Assembly: GCA_034780895.1 (NCBI GenBank)
Contig: JAUZTB010000098.1
Coordinates: 30,714,429-30,778,428 of the forward strand
Length of the DNA stretch: 64,000 bases
Reading direction: 5' to 3'
From: Rhynchobatus australiae
Lineage: Eukaryota
The notes under the pieces are model-generated. The model searched no databases and was not told the origin of the DNA. It saw nothing but the letters and a program-made list of their open reading frames with translations. Of this stretch, positions 24,340 to 40,817 are shown in pieces. The position numbers and the translations under genes are program-made. Every line of letters starts with the position of its first letter. Positions within the stretch are counted from its first letter, which is position 1.

Positions 24340-25362
24340 AAATGAAATGAACATTTCAAGCAAAACATTTATATATACCTTAATACATATTATTTGCTTG
24401 TGGTAATATACAGGGGCAAAATATTCAGAAATAATTATTTGAATTATCAAAGGTAGTATGTGCTAATATAGGGTATGGTGAATATATTGGATGTTTAGCA
24501 ACCATATGTACATACTACACCTTTGAATTTACTTAAGCATTTTTTAAGATCTTGGAAATTAATTAGTCAATGGAATCACCAAGTATAGTAAATATTATTA
24601 TTCTACAGACAATTCACTTACTCCATCCCACTTTAAGTATAAAATTATTTATCATTAAAACAATTTTATTCTGGGTTGATCAATTCAGTACTTTCTTGTA
24701 GTACGTATACTAATGCTGCAGGAAAACATTTAACAACCAAAGATGTCAACATCTATTGTCAGTCAGTTTTCACAGTGAAATGGCTACAAAGAATACATCG
24801 TTCTAATTTTCATTTCTCTTAAAATTCATTTTCAGTGTGTATCTTTGTGAAAAATCACTATCCTTTTATATTTAATCTGTACAGTCAATATCACAATGCC
24901 TATTTTCGGCAAAATTAAAAGTATGTTGATATACAGTTATAGTAAACTTCAATGCGATTAAACTATACAAATTATCTTCCAACGNNNNNNNNNNNNNNNN
25001 NNNNNNNNNNNNNNNNNNNNNNNNNNNNNNNNNNNNNNNNNNNNNNNNNNNNNNNNNNNNNNNNNNNNNNNNNNNNNNNNNNNNNNNNNNNNNNNNNNNN
25101 NNNNNNNNNNNNNNCATTTCAGTGATGTAGATCCATTGCAAATATGCATCCCCAGAAACTGGAAAGCTGTCTTGCAGAAGAAAGGGACTGTCAAAACCAT
25201 TTGTAGTAAAGCCACATGTTTTTTGTTCTGAACCAGATGTCCACTCACTACAAAACAGTGATGTTAACAATGGTCACAATGCTAAGCATTTCTATATATT
25301 GTCGCATGGTATGAACAGGTCTTCATTTACGTATCATCGTTCTTCCTTTAAGATAAATATTG
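24340..25362 (-). other. BMI1: BMI1 3' UTR (end approximate)
   Basis: AT-rich, repeat-free sequence after the stop codon; AATAAA (minus) at 24665-24670, miR-128/27 seed match at 24769-24777, Pumilio element TGTACATA at 24505-24512. Interrupted by an N gap. Confidence 0.6.
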
Positions 25363-29927
<4,565 letters not shown>

Positions 29928-30999
29928 CTATAATAAAATCTCAATCCATATTAAAGACACTGTCTTGATTTTATTGTACTTGAGCCGCATGATAAGTTGG
30001 ATAAAGCCAGATGCGACACAAGAGCAATATGCAAAAAGGTAATTATTTTTGAAGCCACAATTGATCAGAAACTTGTGATTTGTGAAATCACTTGAGCATA
30101 AATGATTGCGATATGTCAGAATATCAACATTCTGGCATTTTGCTTCCCTCAGCGGACTTAGGCTTAATTGGCAAAATGGTAAAAGCAAACCGCATTATAG
30201 AATTACTGATACACCGAAAGCTAACATAGCTTTCAATGAAATACTCAAAAGCTGAAGTTCAAACCCTGCAGCATAGGCCAAGACGCACCCGATTAATAGA
30301 AGGAGGTCAATTGAGAAAGACCCACTGCATCACTCTCTTAATCAAAAAGACTTTATGATCTAATACACGCAACCATCCCGCTGGCCCTAACGGCGAATAC
30401 TACATTAAAAACAGCCACACACCAACCACACGCAGGTATGTAACAATGAATTACGAACAGTACACTTGATCATTCTTATTGCCTTTGTTTCCTTCGTGGT
30501 TAAGGATAACAAAACCTCCTTTTCTAGACTTTGCTCCCACATTCAAGTCGAGTGTACCAAAACACACTTCTTTTCATGAAACCCGCATGCCTTTGGGCTC
30601 ATTACGCGGTTTCAAGTCGCGTCGGGATCGATGAAAATTCGCAGTAAGACAAAGCAACTATTTAAGTAGCAAAACACGTTTGTATTACAGGGATCATCGC
30701 AGCTGGATTCGCAATCAGATGTTTACTGCTTGACATTAAACCAACGATTCGCTAGCACCGCGTAAAACGAAACAGGAAGAATTGTGTTCTATAAAGCCAT
30801 TTCCGGCAATTACATGTTCGTTGGAAATATTTTAATGAACATCGCGGTGCTATATTAGCAATGTTATGCATAATTACCAAAGCCAATCCGTTACAATTGT
30901 AATAAATAAAATAATGCCCGTGTACAACACGGGGACCATTCTTGGTGATCAAAAAGGCAAATTGACGTCTGCTGGTGCCCATACTCGGCAATTCTTGCA

Positions 31000-31013
31000 G
31001 TTACTATAGCAAC
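31000..31013. promoter_or_regulatory. RFX X-box in BMI1 intron 1
   Basis: GTTACTATAGCAAC matches the consensus GTTRCYATRGYAAC; E-box CACGTG at 31085-31090 nearby. Confidence 0.5.
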
Positions 31014-34000
31014 TTGGCTTATACTTGGCATTTCGCCAAAGGACCGAAAATAGAGCGAGCTTCTGCAGGGGAGACCACGGTGATCACGTGGAAATATCGC
31101 ACATTTGAAACCTACAACTTAAATCAGAACCGGAGGACGATCTGAGCAATCTAAACATGCAAATCTCACCGCCATTTCAAATGAGCCCCAACACAGCGCA
31201 CATCATCGTTTTTTTTTGGCTCTCCTTGAGATAGTCTCCACGTCGACACTAGCTTTAAGTAGTGGCTTTTGTGATCGCACGATTTTCTTCTGTAAACGCC
31301 TCTCTCCCTTTCAGAGCAGCTAATGGGAAGCTGCGGTTCCCCAACAGAGGATCACTTTGATAGAGCACGCCTATTGATTAATAATTAATTAATGTGATCA
31401 GAAAACACGAATTAATAAGGATTGAATGCTTCACCTAACTTTTGGAGGGCATTTCGCCCTCTGCAAATGTGAAAGAAACAAACAGTTTGATTTTCTTAAG
31501 AAACCAGCAAGAAACGAACAACATGCAAATAACTGTGACGCAAAATATTCAGAACCAACCAGGGCAAATAAACGCCAGACACCATCAGACAGATGAAAAA
31601 AGTAATTAATTGTCGCACTTACTTATAAACCCCACCACACTATGTAAACTTAAGATTAATAATTCATTACAGTTTTATATATTAGGTTTAATAAAGCAAA
31701 TTTTAACCACAGCGCCGACCCGCGACGTTTCGAAGTAATCAAACTACAACATCAGGATATAAACAATCAGCATTTCATTTTTTTTGTGTGTGCAGCATTT
31801 GGCGTTGAAACATAAACGTTATACAGATTCCAGTGGAATCCCAATCATTATCCCATCAGATAATCTAACACAACAAATAGAACTCAATACAATCTCCGTT
31901 AATTTACTAAGAATAATCGTTGTATACAGATACTCTGACGCCACTCAGGGCTCGAACCGCATAAAAAAGTACTCGTTCTTTCATTGACTTGGACATCATA
32001 CAATTCTCTGCACACGTATCTATTCGTAGCGGCATGTGTATATTTAGCGGTATGTCACTACCAAGTGTCATAGATCATTTCGGCGAAAGAGAGAGAGAGA
32101 AAAAGCAAAATAAAAACAAACCACGTGTTTCACAACGCTCCGCTCTTACCATCAGACCCGTGATCTCCCCCTCTTATCAAAGTGAGATCAACTGAACGGC
32201 TGTGGGTTTAGCTGATCAATAGATTAACCACTTCATCTGTGAAAACCTCATCACGGACGGACAACTCAAAGCACATATATATCCATGTAAACACACGTGT
32301 TTTATATCACATACCCGTGGGCTTCCGTTTATGCTGGATAATTCATTTCAGCTGTGGGACTTTGTCTCCCTGATTTATATTTTAAGCCCCACGTTTTTTA
32401 TTATCAGCGAGGTAAACAATTAGCCTTATGACATGTGCACACACCAGTTCCAAGCAACAAAGAATTCTATTTTAAATCTGAATACAAGAATACACAATGT
32501 ATATGCCATTTCAGACATGGACGTTTAAGACACAGTGTAAGAGAATCCATATCTCAAAATTCCAAACCCTACTCCAGGATATCCAACAGTAACATTGACC
32601 AGGATGTCGAAGAGCAAGATTGAGGTAAAGTACAGTGGTACAACATAAAAAAACAAACGTGGCTTTCTGCTTCTTTATAACAAAAAAAAACCAGAACAGC
32701 CGCAACCATTACCTACTCAACACTCCCTACACACAAGCACATTTTTGAAAGCAACAATAAATCTGAACCACAGTGCAAACAAAATTCAGGTCATTAACCG
32801 AAATTGAATTTTCCACTGCTGAAACCAAATATACGGATAAAGGGGATGCTGTAGTTTGGTCTTCTTCAATGACCTCTCTGATTTCAGAGAAATCATTCAA
32901 TTAAAAAAAAAGAAACAAAGAATATGTTTGTCTAAATAGAGTTCTCAAATTCCTGTTCTCGGTATATTCGCTCAAGTACATCGCAGAAGGGACCATTCTG
33001 CATTTTTAGCAGAAGCCTATCTGGCGGAAGCATCGCGTTTGGAGACCTTATTTTGGGTGTTATTATGCAACTTCACATCCTTTGCAGTCACTGCTTGCTT
33101 TGAATAAACCAGAAAGGAATTGCTTCCAAGGCTATCAGTGGCTCCCTACTCAACATACATTCGGTGTCCACACAAGCAAAGCATAACCAGATTGTATAAC
33201 AGCTCTTCCCCTGCCACCCCCACCCCTTCCCGACACCACCACCACCACCATGTTCACCATCAACAACTGAACACAGGACTGGGACTGCACACGCCGCCAA
33301 CGTGTTCTCGGAAAGCACTGTAATAAATCTAACTGGACAAAAAGGGGAAAAACACTTACTCACTCCCACTCATATCCAGACCCAGCATACCTCGTGCTCT
33401 CTCTGGAAATAGCTGCTGTCAGTCTGATACAGGTCTGATCGCCAATTGAAGAAGAAAATGTCAATAAACACGAATGAAAAGAACCTCTCGATACCCCAAC
33501 AGTCGGATCCAACAAAGCTTTACGTAATTCGTGTGTGTTTATTTGCTCCTGACACCACAAGAACTGTACGGGAATACGAGGGGGCACAGCCGCCAACCGC
33601 CATGTTTACCGTCAAAATCCAAAGTACTCTTAAGAAGTTAAGTTCAGAAAACACACCACACTCGACTTTTCACCCAAACAGTCATGCAAGCATATTCCCT
33701 ATCCTGTACGGATCCCAACTCTATAAAATCGTTTCACTAGGTCGTCCGTTTGATGTCAAAACATTCATTTATATCTGAGGTGAGTAATGACGCTTCGACG
33801 GTAGAGCAGCAAATTTCCACCATGGTTAGATTTCAAAGAAATCTAAATAAAAATCCGCCGCAGTTCGAACCTCCCAACTTGCAAGGATCGAAAGTATAAA
33901 TACTATTCTCTCGATACAAACGAGCAGAACAACCGTAGGCACAACCACCGCGGAGAATCGAACAAAAATTTTCCAAAAGTGCATAACGAAACTGAGAGGA

Positions 34001-34044
34001 AATAGGGACGGCGAATAGACGCCGAGTTGCTGTCAGCCTTAAGA

Positions 34045-34090
34045 GCGAGAGAGGGGAGAGCGAGAGAGAAAGAGAGAGAGAGAGAGAGGG
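34045..34090 (+). repeat. Imperfect (GA)n tract
   Basis: gagagaggggagagcgagagagaaagagagagagagagagagg. Confidence 0.8.
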
Positions 34091-34148
34091 GCAGCGCCGG
34101 GTGCACTTCCAGCAGCGAAATCGGCCTGAAACCGTGGGCAGAATGTAC

Positions 34149-34339
34149 CTGGGAGATCTTTCCTAGACAGTGCAGCCTTGGAGACACCATGGCCCGGGCA
34201 CGCCGACTCCGGGCCACAGCGTGCACCCCGCAGAAAACAATGAAAGTTGTAGATCAGGAGGAAAAAATGAATAGCAGCCAAGCGGCCATCTTGCATGAAC
34301 TGCAGACGCTGTCAATTGCAATCGCAGAGGCTGCAGCCT

Positions 34340-34340
<1 letters not shown>
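34149..34340 (-). other. BMI1: BMI1 probable exon 1 / 5' leader (5' end uncertain)
   Basis: Minus-strand ATTGACAGCGTCTGCAG...CAAGATGGCCGCTTGGCT...ATTCATTTT...AACTTTCATTGT resembles the human BMI1 5' UTR as I recall it; donor CCCAG|GTACAT at 34149/34148; YY1-like CAAGATGGCCGC. Confidence 0.75.
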
Positions 34341-34373
<33 letters not shown>

Positions 34374-34380
34374 AGAGAGA

Positions 34381-34424
<44 letters not shown>

Positions 34425-34437
34425 AGAGCGAGCGAGA
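34340..34437 (+). repeat. (GA)n microsatellite ((CT)n on the BMI1 sense strand)
   Basis: About 100 bp of near-pure purine GA repeats immediately 5' of the conserved BMI1 leader. Confidence 0.9.
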
Positions 34438-34449
34438 AAATAACATTCG

Positions 34450-34769
34450 TTAAACGCCTGCCCTCCAACCCTCGCAAGCACCCTGGCAGGACGCAATCCA
34501 CACTCTTGCAATATTTGTTCAGTCGATTCTACCTGATTCCGAGGCAGCGAGGCGGCTGGGCTGTTCCCGGTTGTAGAAGTTGGGAAAAAAAACACCCCCG
34601 AAGCCCAGTGATGGGTGCCGTGAAACTGACACCGTCCCCAAAATGGCTCGAGTTCGACCGCCCCAATCCGTCACGTGGTCTCATTCCTTAAGGGTGGCCT
34701 GGGAATTAGAGTCGGTGTAATCAGAGCCGCCCCCCTCCCCACCCCCCCCCCCCCCCCCCCCACCCCCCC
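34450..34769 (-). promoter_or_regulatory. BMI1 proximal promoter
   Basis: GC box (gaccgcccc, 34656-34664), CCAAT (34663-34667), E-box CACGTG (34672-34677), poly-C/G tract (34727-34769) running into an N gap. Confidence 0.6.
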
Positions 34770-35820
34770 NNNNNNNNNNNNNNNNNNNNNNNNNNNNNNN
34801 NNNNNNNNNNNNNNNNNNNNNNNNNNNNNNNNNNNNNNNNNNNNNNNNNNNNNNNNNNNNNNNNNNNNNNNNNNNNNNNNNNNNNNNNNNNNNNNNNNNN
34901 NNNNNNNNNNNNNNNNNGATGCAGAATATACCAACCAAATATACCAGCGAACTTCCAGTCTTGGAACACGTTTGATTAAAAAAAACAAACAACAAAATGC
35001 AACAGCAAAATGTTTAAGCTATAAACTAATAGGTTGGTATACGACTAGGTACAGAAACTTCATTGGGTTGTAGCTGAGGATTGGCACCGAGGCGATCCTA
35101 CTATGACCCAAATTCCGAGATTCTCTTATGTATTGTTTGTACGAACATAATTCTTTATGAGGGATTAAAAACTAGCCAAATTCTTAAAAAGGCTACCTAT
35201 TTCATAAAACTTACCTATCCCTTCAAATATACTCATGAAGTCCTTTTCTGACAGTTTTAAGATTTAAGACAAATGTATTTCGGTGAGGGAGGGGCACGAT
35301 ATAGGTGATACTAGCTTTGGATACGTGTAATTGAACCATATGATAAAGATTTAATACGTTTTCAACAAACATCTAAATGCCAACGCGAAGCGTACGGAAA
35401 AACTGCGTTGAGCTTTTAAACGTGATTTATTTTTATTTACACTTGCAATTAAATTCCATTGTTGTCAGGAGCGTGAGGAAAGAGCTTTTGTAAATGTACA
35501 AGTAGATGCATTTGAAGACAATAAATTCTCTAAGTATTGGACAATATTTTATAAATCGAATGGAGTTAACCGCTCCCTACGCACTGCTCCCTCCCTACAA
35601 TTGCTGCTTGAGGTGCATATGCTTAGTTCAGATCAGGAGAATTAAGAAATTTATTAAATCCGAAAATGTCAGGCATTTGAAAAGTAATCTACGTTTCCCC
35701 ATGTCAAGACATGAGATAAATTCGAAATCTAACTCCCTAGGAAACGGCTAAGGTGTGAAATTATTTAAAACCTAAAGAGTGGAAGGAACAAAAAAAATGT
35801 AATCCCAGGTCATAAGAATC

Positions 35821-35826
35821 TTTATT
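35821..35826 (-). terminator. Candidate COMMD3 polyadenylation signal
   Basis: AATAAA on minus, ~290 nt after the stop, followed ~25 nt later by a T9 run; a second AATAAA at 35936-35941. Confidence 0.55.
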
Positions 35827-36115
35827 TAGGAAAAGTGTAGTATATACAGCTGAACGCGAGCTAAAGTACAAAATGTTGGTCACTCTAAAAATATACAAGT
35901 CTGGTACAGCAAAAGTCTTCATCTTCACAATTTTTTTTATTCATATTACGTAGACGATGGAATTTTATACATTTCGTCGAATGCAAAGTTTGAACTATTT
36001 ATGGTTTCGCTGTTCACTTCGTGTGCACACGATCTGGAAGCGCGCAGGTTTTGGCGGATTCATTTAATGCCACCCACAGCTTGGAGTTCAATCGCGGTCC
36101 TCACAGCTCCATCAA

Positions 36116-36175
36116 TTACATCTGACTCGCCTTCTCCATGCTTTTAGCCGCGTCCTTCAACTTCCCCAAAAGATC
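36116..36175 (-). CDS. COMMD3: COMMD3 exon 8
   Basis: cctttacag|DLLGKLKDAAKSMEKASQM-TAA. Confidence 0.95.
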   Translation of the reverse strand, partial: DLLGKLKDAAKSMEKASQM

Positions 36176-39100
36176 CTGTAAAGGGAACAGTTTTAAAATA
36201 AAAAAAATCAAATCTGACCAAGAGGGGGAGGGGTGGGGGCAGTTCTGCATGATTAAGGAAGATCATATTAAGCTTTTTTTCCCCCGGGAACAGATTCGCA
36301 CATCAAAATGAACTTTTAATGCAAACAATGTTCACGGATTTCATAGGCAAGCAATAGTATTCCCCGCGTTGAAACAGAAGCAACGTCAAATAGTTGCGAG
36401 TCGGCGTCGCTTCTCCACATTTTTGTGGGCTGTTGTTGCAAAGTCGAAAGAACACGAGAAATACAAATCCATTTAAAACAGAATAAACCTAAGTTTGCGG
36501 CTACAAAAGATCAAACAACACTCGAATTTTTTGCTGAGCAGATGAACCTATCGGACAAAAAAAATTAAAATTTACGCTGCTTTGCCACAGTTAGCAGTTG
36601 GAAAAATTCTTCCCGTAATAAACCCCAATCGCAAAAAAATGCCGACTGCTGAGCAGTGTTTTGTAAATTAAAAACAGGCAGCTCGACGTATTATCAAAAG
36701 GCGAATAACCAACAGCAATGGTAATAGCATGAAAGTTTGCAAAAAAAATGAAGTTATCAGCACGAAATAGCTATAGAATGATGCGGGTGCTTCAATAGAA
36801 TACAATAGAGTTCAATAGAACTCAAATACAATCAAAGCAGCAAAGAATCAAAGGATTCTTTTTTCCTCACTCAAACTGTAAACTGTTCTATAAAATTACA
36901 CAAGATGCAAAGTGGAGAACACTAGAAAAATGAAAATGCAGCAAAGTAAATTCAGTGTGCGCTTAATTGGATCCTGGAAAACAAACCAGCAGAATTTAAA
37001 AGTTTAGAGTTCCTGTTAAATTTCTATTTCAATCGAACAGTGCCTATGAAAATCATCAATATCAAAAAAAAATAGGGGGTGATGGTGGCGTCTAAATGTT
37101 TGATTAAAAAGGTGGAATACAAAATCAGATGGTTCAAATTTTAAAATAGAAGTGTTTGTATCTTAATAACTGGATATTCTGTTTATATTTTAGACGATCA
37201 CAACGTCCTTTATCTCTAAATAAGCACTTGTCATTGGCGTTGCGTTCGCAAAACAGTATAACAATTGCACTATTTGCATTAGTTCAACCAACTGCAAGTC
37301 TAGCGATTCCTTACAATTTAAGCCAAACTGTAACACAACACAGCAAATTAATTTGGGCAAGAAATATTTGGTATACGTAGGGAGAGTATGAAAAAATGTA
37401 TGAACACATACATTTTATAAAAATATGTTTTGTTGGAATACCTGCAATTGCTCCATTGTACAACTGAAAGTAACATCCTGAGCTTGTCGGGATCCATTCT
37501 GTAAAACGGTTAACGCAGTATTAAAGTGTGCAGAAAGACAAATACAAAATACAGTATCTGGTGCGATTTGTTAGTTTTAATCCTTACCTCTACATTTAAG
37601 GTCAACAGATATGCTGGCTGATTGACTTTATGCAAATGGTTATTCTGCAATTAAAAAAATAATTTTAGTCGAAGATCAAGAATAAGGAAATTTGGGGAAA
37701 AATGTCCCGCTATTCAGAAAATACGCAAAGACGAAACTTCAGCTTTTTTTACCCTAATGTGATACTCCAAGCGCCAAGAAGCATCAATGATATGAGAAGG
37801 AAATCTCCCCAAGCTGTAAGATATTTAATAAAAGTTAATACGTTGTGTGGAATTCTAATTATTGTACAAAATACCATCCCTTCTGCCGCCTTTCCCAATA
37901 CACCAGACCTGCTAAAGTCAAGAGAGGTTTGACAATTGGATTTTATCCAACAGTTATTTTGGCACGTTTCCCCCCAATCTCTATTTAAAAATAAGTCGCC
38001 TTGTGTTGCTGTACCACAGTTTGGTGTGAGGGGAATGACACCATACAGTATATACAGGGAATAAGTGCTAATGGGTAAACATGGAACGAGCCATTATCAT
38101 TGGGAGCAACGTAGATCACAAGTCAAATTTAAGGAACATCGTATGTATGTTCACAACTTCAGTTTCCTAATCCCTTCTAATTTTGAGACAATACTTGTAA
38201 ATGTATTGCGCGAACACTGAAAACTGATTCAAGTACTGATTTGCTAAGGTAACTATGCGATTAGGATTCCCGTCACTCGCCATCCTTAAAGTTTCTAAAT
38301 GTCGTAACCCCGTGCGGCCGACCTCCATGGAGAAACAAAACTTTACCACTCGTGTCGATTGCGGAGTGACGGCTTTTAACCCACTCCAAAAGTCCACAAT
38401 CGCCTATGAATTGGCACTAAAAATAAATGTTAGCTTAAGGTGGTTAAGTAATTATGATTGACGGACATCAACACCCTCGACAGATAAATGACGGAGCGGA
38501 ATCTAAACTAAACTGTTTATATTAACGAGATTAGAACATTTTGATTCTAGTACCCAAGATGCAACACGGAATTACATAGAACCAGATTGACGTTTTGTAT
38601 TATAGACCAGCTGTGCAACTGGAATTAACACTCACCCTCCTAGTAGGGTTTCCACTTTATCTTTGTTCTTCTAAATATCAAAAGGAAATACAGGAAATTA
38701 GCCGTAATAACAAAGCTCAAAATAATAACGTCTTCAGTGACTTTGCGCTTTTTAAATAAGATGTGTAGGGGCTTGCGGTATCCCTACTTGTCAAAACCTG
38801 TTATGACAGATCCACTTGGAACTATAAGATCACAACTCAAAGTAACGCTTTAAAAAAAAATCAATGATCTACATTAGCAATTAGATACGAAGGCATCAAC
38901 TAATTTAAACCATTTGCCTGGTCGGGTTACTTTTTCTTGCGGCAAATTCTTACTAATTTGCAGAAATCCTGTCAATTTTACAAAAAAGACATTATGGTAT
39001 ACAAGAGGCGCCAAACCTGGTATGTTGCGCAAAATAAGTCAATTCTTTCTCCTCCAAACCCGCAGTCTTCCAGTAACGTGCTGAAATTAAAATAACGTCA

Positions 39101-40019
39101 GTTACAAAACAGCTCCACAACCTAAAAGAATATTTAACCGAATACACGATATTCATAGATCCAGGACATGTTAACCTTATAGTCGATATGTCGGCGTTTT
39201 GTTTTCCTGCCTCCAATACACAGGTGGCGATGGCTACATGGCATTGTTTCACCAAAGTCAAGTCCAAATTTCCCAGTTCTACATGATCTGCACAACAAGG
39301 GTAGATAATGGATTTTCAATACCATTTCCACATTTAAAAGAGGGTTTCACCTGCTAGCGGCTAACATTTGGATAGGGGCAGAAATGACATTTTGTCATTC
39401 ACTTTATAAAAGCAAAAAAAGTTCTCCCGGAAAACTAAAACATTTCGCTCTTTATGTCGAATTATTTTGACAAACCGTGGCCTTCAATACTAAACCACAA
39501 CTCTGTCTTTACTTACACGATTCGGACATTAAATATTTTGTTAAGCAACTTAAGTAAAATAGAATACATGTCCAGTCTGCAATCCTGATGTATTAGGCCC
39601 CAGGATATTCATTTACAACAATGAAAAGACATCCAGACTCAACATGCACTCCGCGTCACCAAGTCGACAGCTCAGAGACAAAGCAGCAGTTAACAGAACC
39701 CCGGTGTAGTAAATAAACTACATTTACAGATTCAAGTTTATAACTGGATTCGGGAACACTGCGACAACGAGCTGCTTGCAGAGGAACAGCCCAGCCGTGC
39801 CCTTCCCGCACTCACATCAGTAAGAGAAAGAGCAGCCCTCGCCCGGGCACTCTACAAATCGCTCGGAAACACGCACTTACCCAACGCCGCTCCGTCCGCT
39901 TGCGGGTTTAGGAGGCTGGCGAAAGCCGCTTCCACTAAAATGTGGAGTGTTTTGTCGGAGAAATGGCTGGGATCGGCCAGCAATTGCAACCCTTTCAGTG
40001 CATACTCTGGCAGCTCCAT
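36116..40019 (-). CDS. COMMD3: COMMD3 (COMM domain-containing protein 3), 8 coding exons, 585 nt, 194 aa
   Basis: Spliced translation MELPEYALKGLQLLADP...DASWRLEYHIR...FSCTMEQLQDLLGKLKDAAKSMEKASQM*; COMM-domain WRLEY motif; exon sizes 139/112/64/35/61/57/57/60, all GT-AG and phase-consistent; adjacent to BMI1. Confidence 0.97.
37442..37498 (-). CDS. COMMD3: COMMD3 exon 7
   Basis: ttttacag|NGSRQAQDVTFSCTMEQLQ|gtattc. Confidence 0.95.
37588..37644 (-). CDS. COMMD3: COMMD3 exon 6
   Basis: ttgcag|NNHLHKVNQPAYLLTLNVE|gtaagg. Confidence 0.95.
37753..37813 (-). CDS. COMMD3: COMMD3 exon 5
   Basis: cttacag|(G)LGRFPSHIIDASWRLEYHIR|gtaaaa. Confidence 0.95.
38636..38670 (-). CDS. COMMD3: COMMD3 exon 4
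   Basis: atttag|KNKDKVETLLG(G)|gtgagt; 35 bp. Confidence 0.92.
39017..39080 (-). CDS. COMMD3: COMMD3 exon 3
   Basis: aatttcag|(S)TLLEDCGFGGERIDLFCATYQ|gtttgg. Confidence 0.95.
39176..39287 (-). CDS. COMMD3: COMMD3 exon 2
   Basis: tgtgcag|(D)HVELGNLDLTLVKQCHVAIATCVLEAGKQNADISTI(S)|gttaac. Confidence 0.95.
39881..40019 (-). CDS. COMMD3: COMMD3 exon 1 (139 coding bp)
   Basis: acaATGG Kozak; MELPEYALKGLQLLADPSHFSDKTLHILVEAAFASLLNPQADGAAL|gtaagt. Confidence 0.95.
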
Positions 40020-40200
40020 TGTGCTGGACTGACCTTCGACACGGAGCCACGTGACCGAGCTCAGCTGATCCACACGGATGTGACAGTGTTAGCAATGAAC
40101 TGAACTGAACTGAACTAGAGGCGAGCAGCACGCTTTATTCCCGGTGAAAAATCTGCTCACCACTTGATTGCAGTCATTTAGCGGCCGTTCATACAGATAT
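40020..40200 (-). promoter_or_regulatory. COMMD3 promoter/5' UTR
   Basis: E-box GGTCACGTGG (minus, 40047-40056), (TGAAC)4 at 40096-40115, CpG-rich. Confidence 0.6.
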
Positions 40201-40817
40201 ATCGAAACATAGAAGAGCAGAGGCGTAATATTTTATTTAATATACAATGAAAATATTTAACTCATTTCCGCCAAGCGATACTCTTAATTAACATCAGCCC
40301 AACGTTACCGTATCACCGCACAGAACACATAAACTGGGTTTAAAATGGAAACTTGCCAATTTTATTGTTAATTGAGACAGCAGATAAGCAGATATCTCCA
40401 CGAGTGTTGGTAGATGGAGAGGATCAATCTGGAGCTGATCAGTTGAACTTCTGTCTGTAAATTGCATGCACCGGTTAATGCAGTCGTTGTGCTTTAACAC
40501 GATAGAAGAGGAAGATGTTCGGACAGAATCATCCAGGATGATTTCATAAGATCTCTATATTTTCATTCCCCAATTTTCAGTTATTGGCTCTGATGGAATC
40601 AATTAGTAAATTTCCTGCAATTCATCCATTATCATCCAATACAAAAGTCAGTATAAAAGCCAGCACCAGATTAAGAATATTGGGTTAGGTGTATTAGGAC
40701 AATTATTTAGTTGTGATGAACACTCTGTGCTTTCTCTTGCACTGTAACAGCAAACATATTATATCTCTGGAACTCCCATTGAGTAAACATTTGCTCGATG
40801 GTGTTCATCAACTGTAG

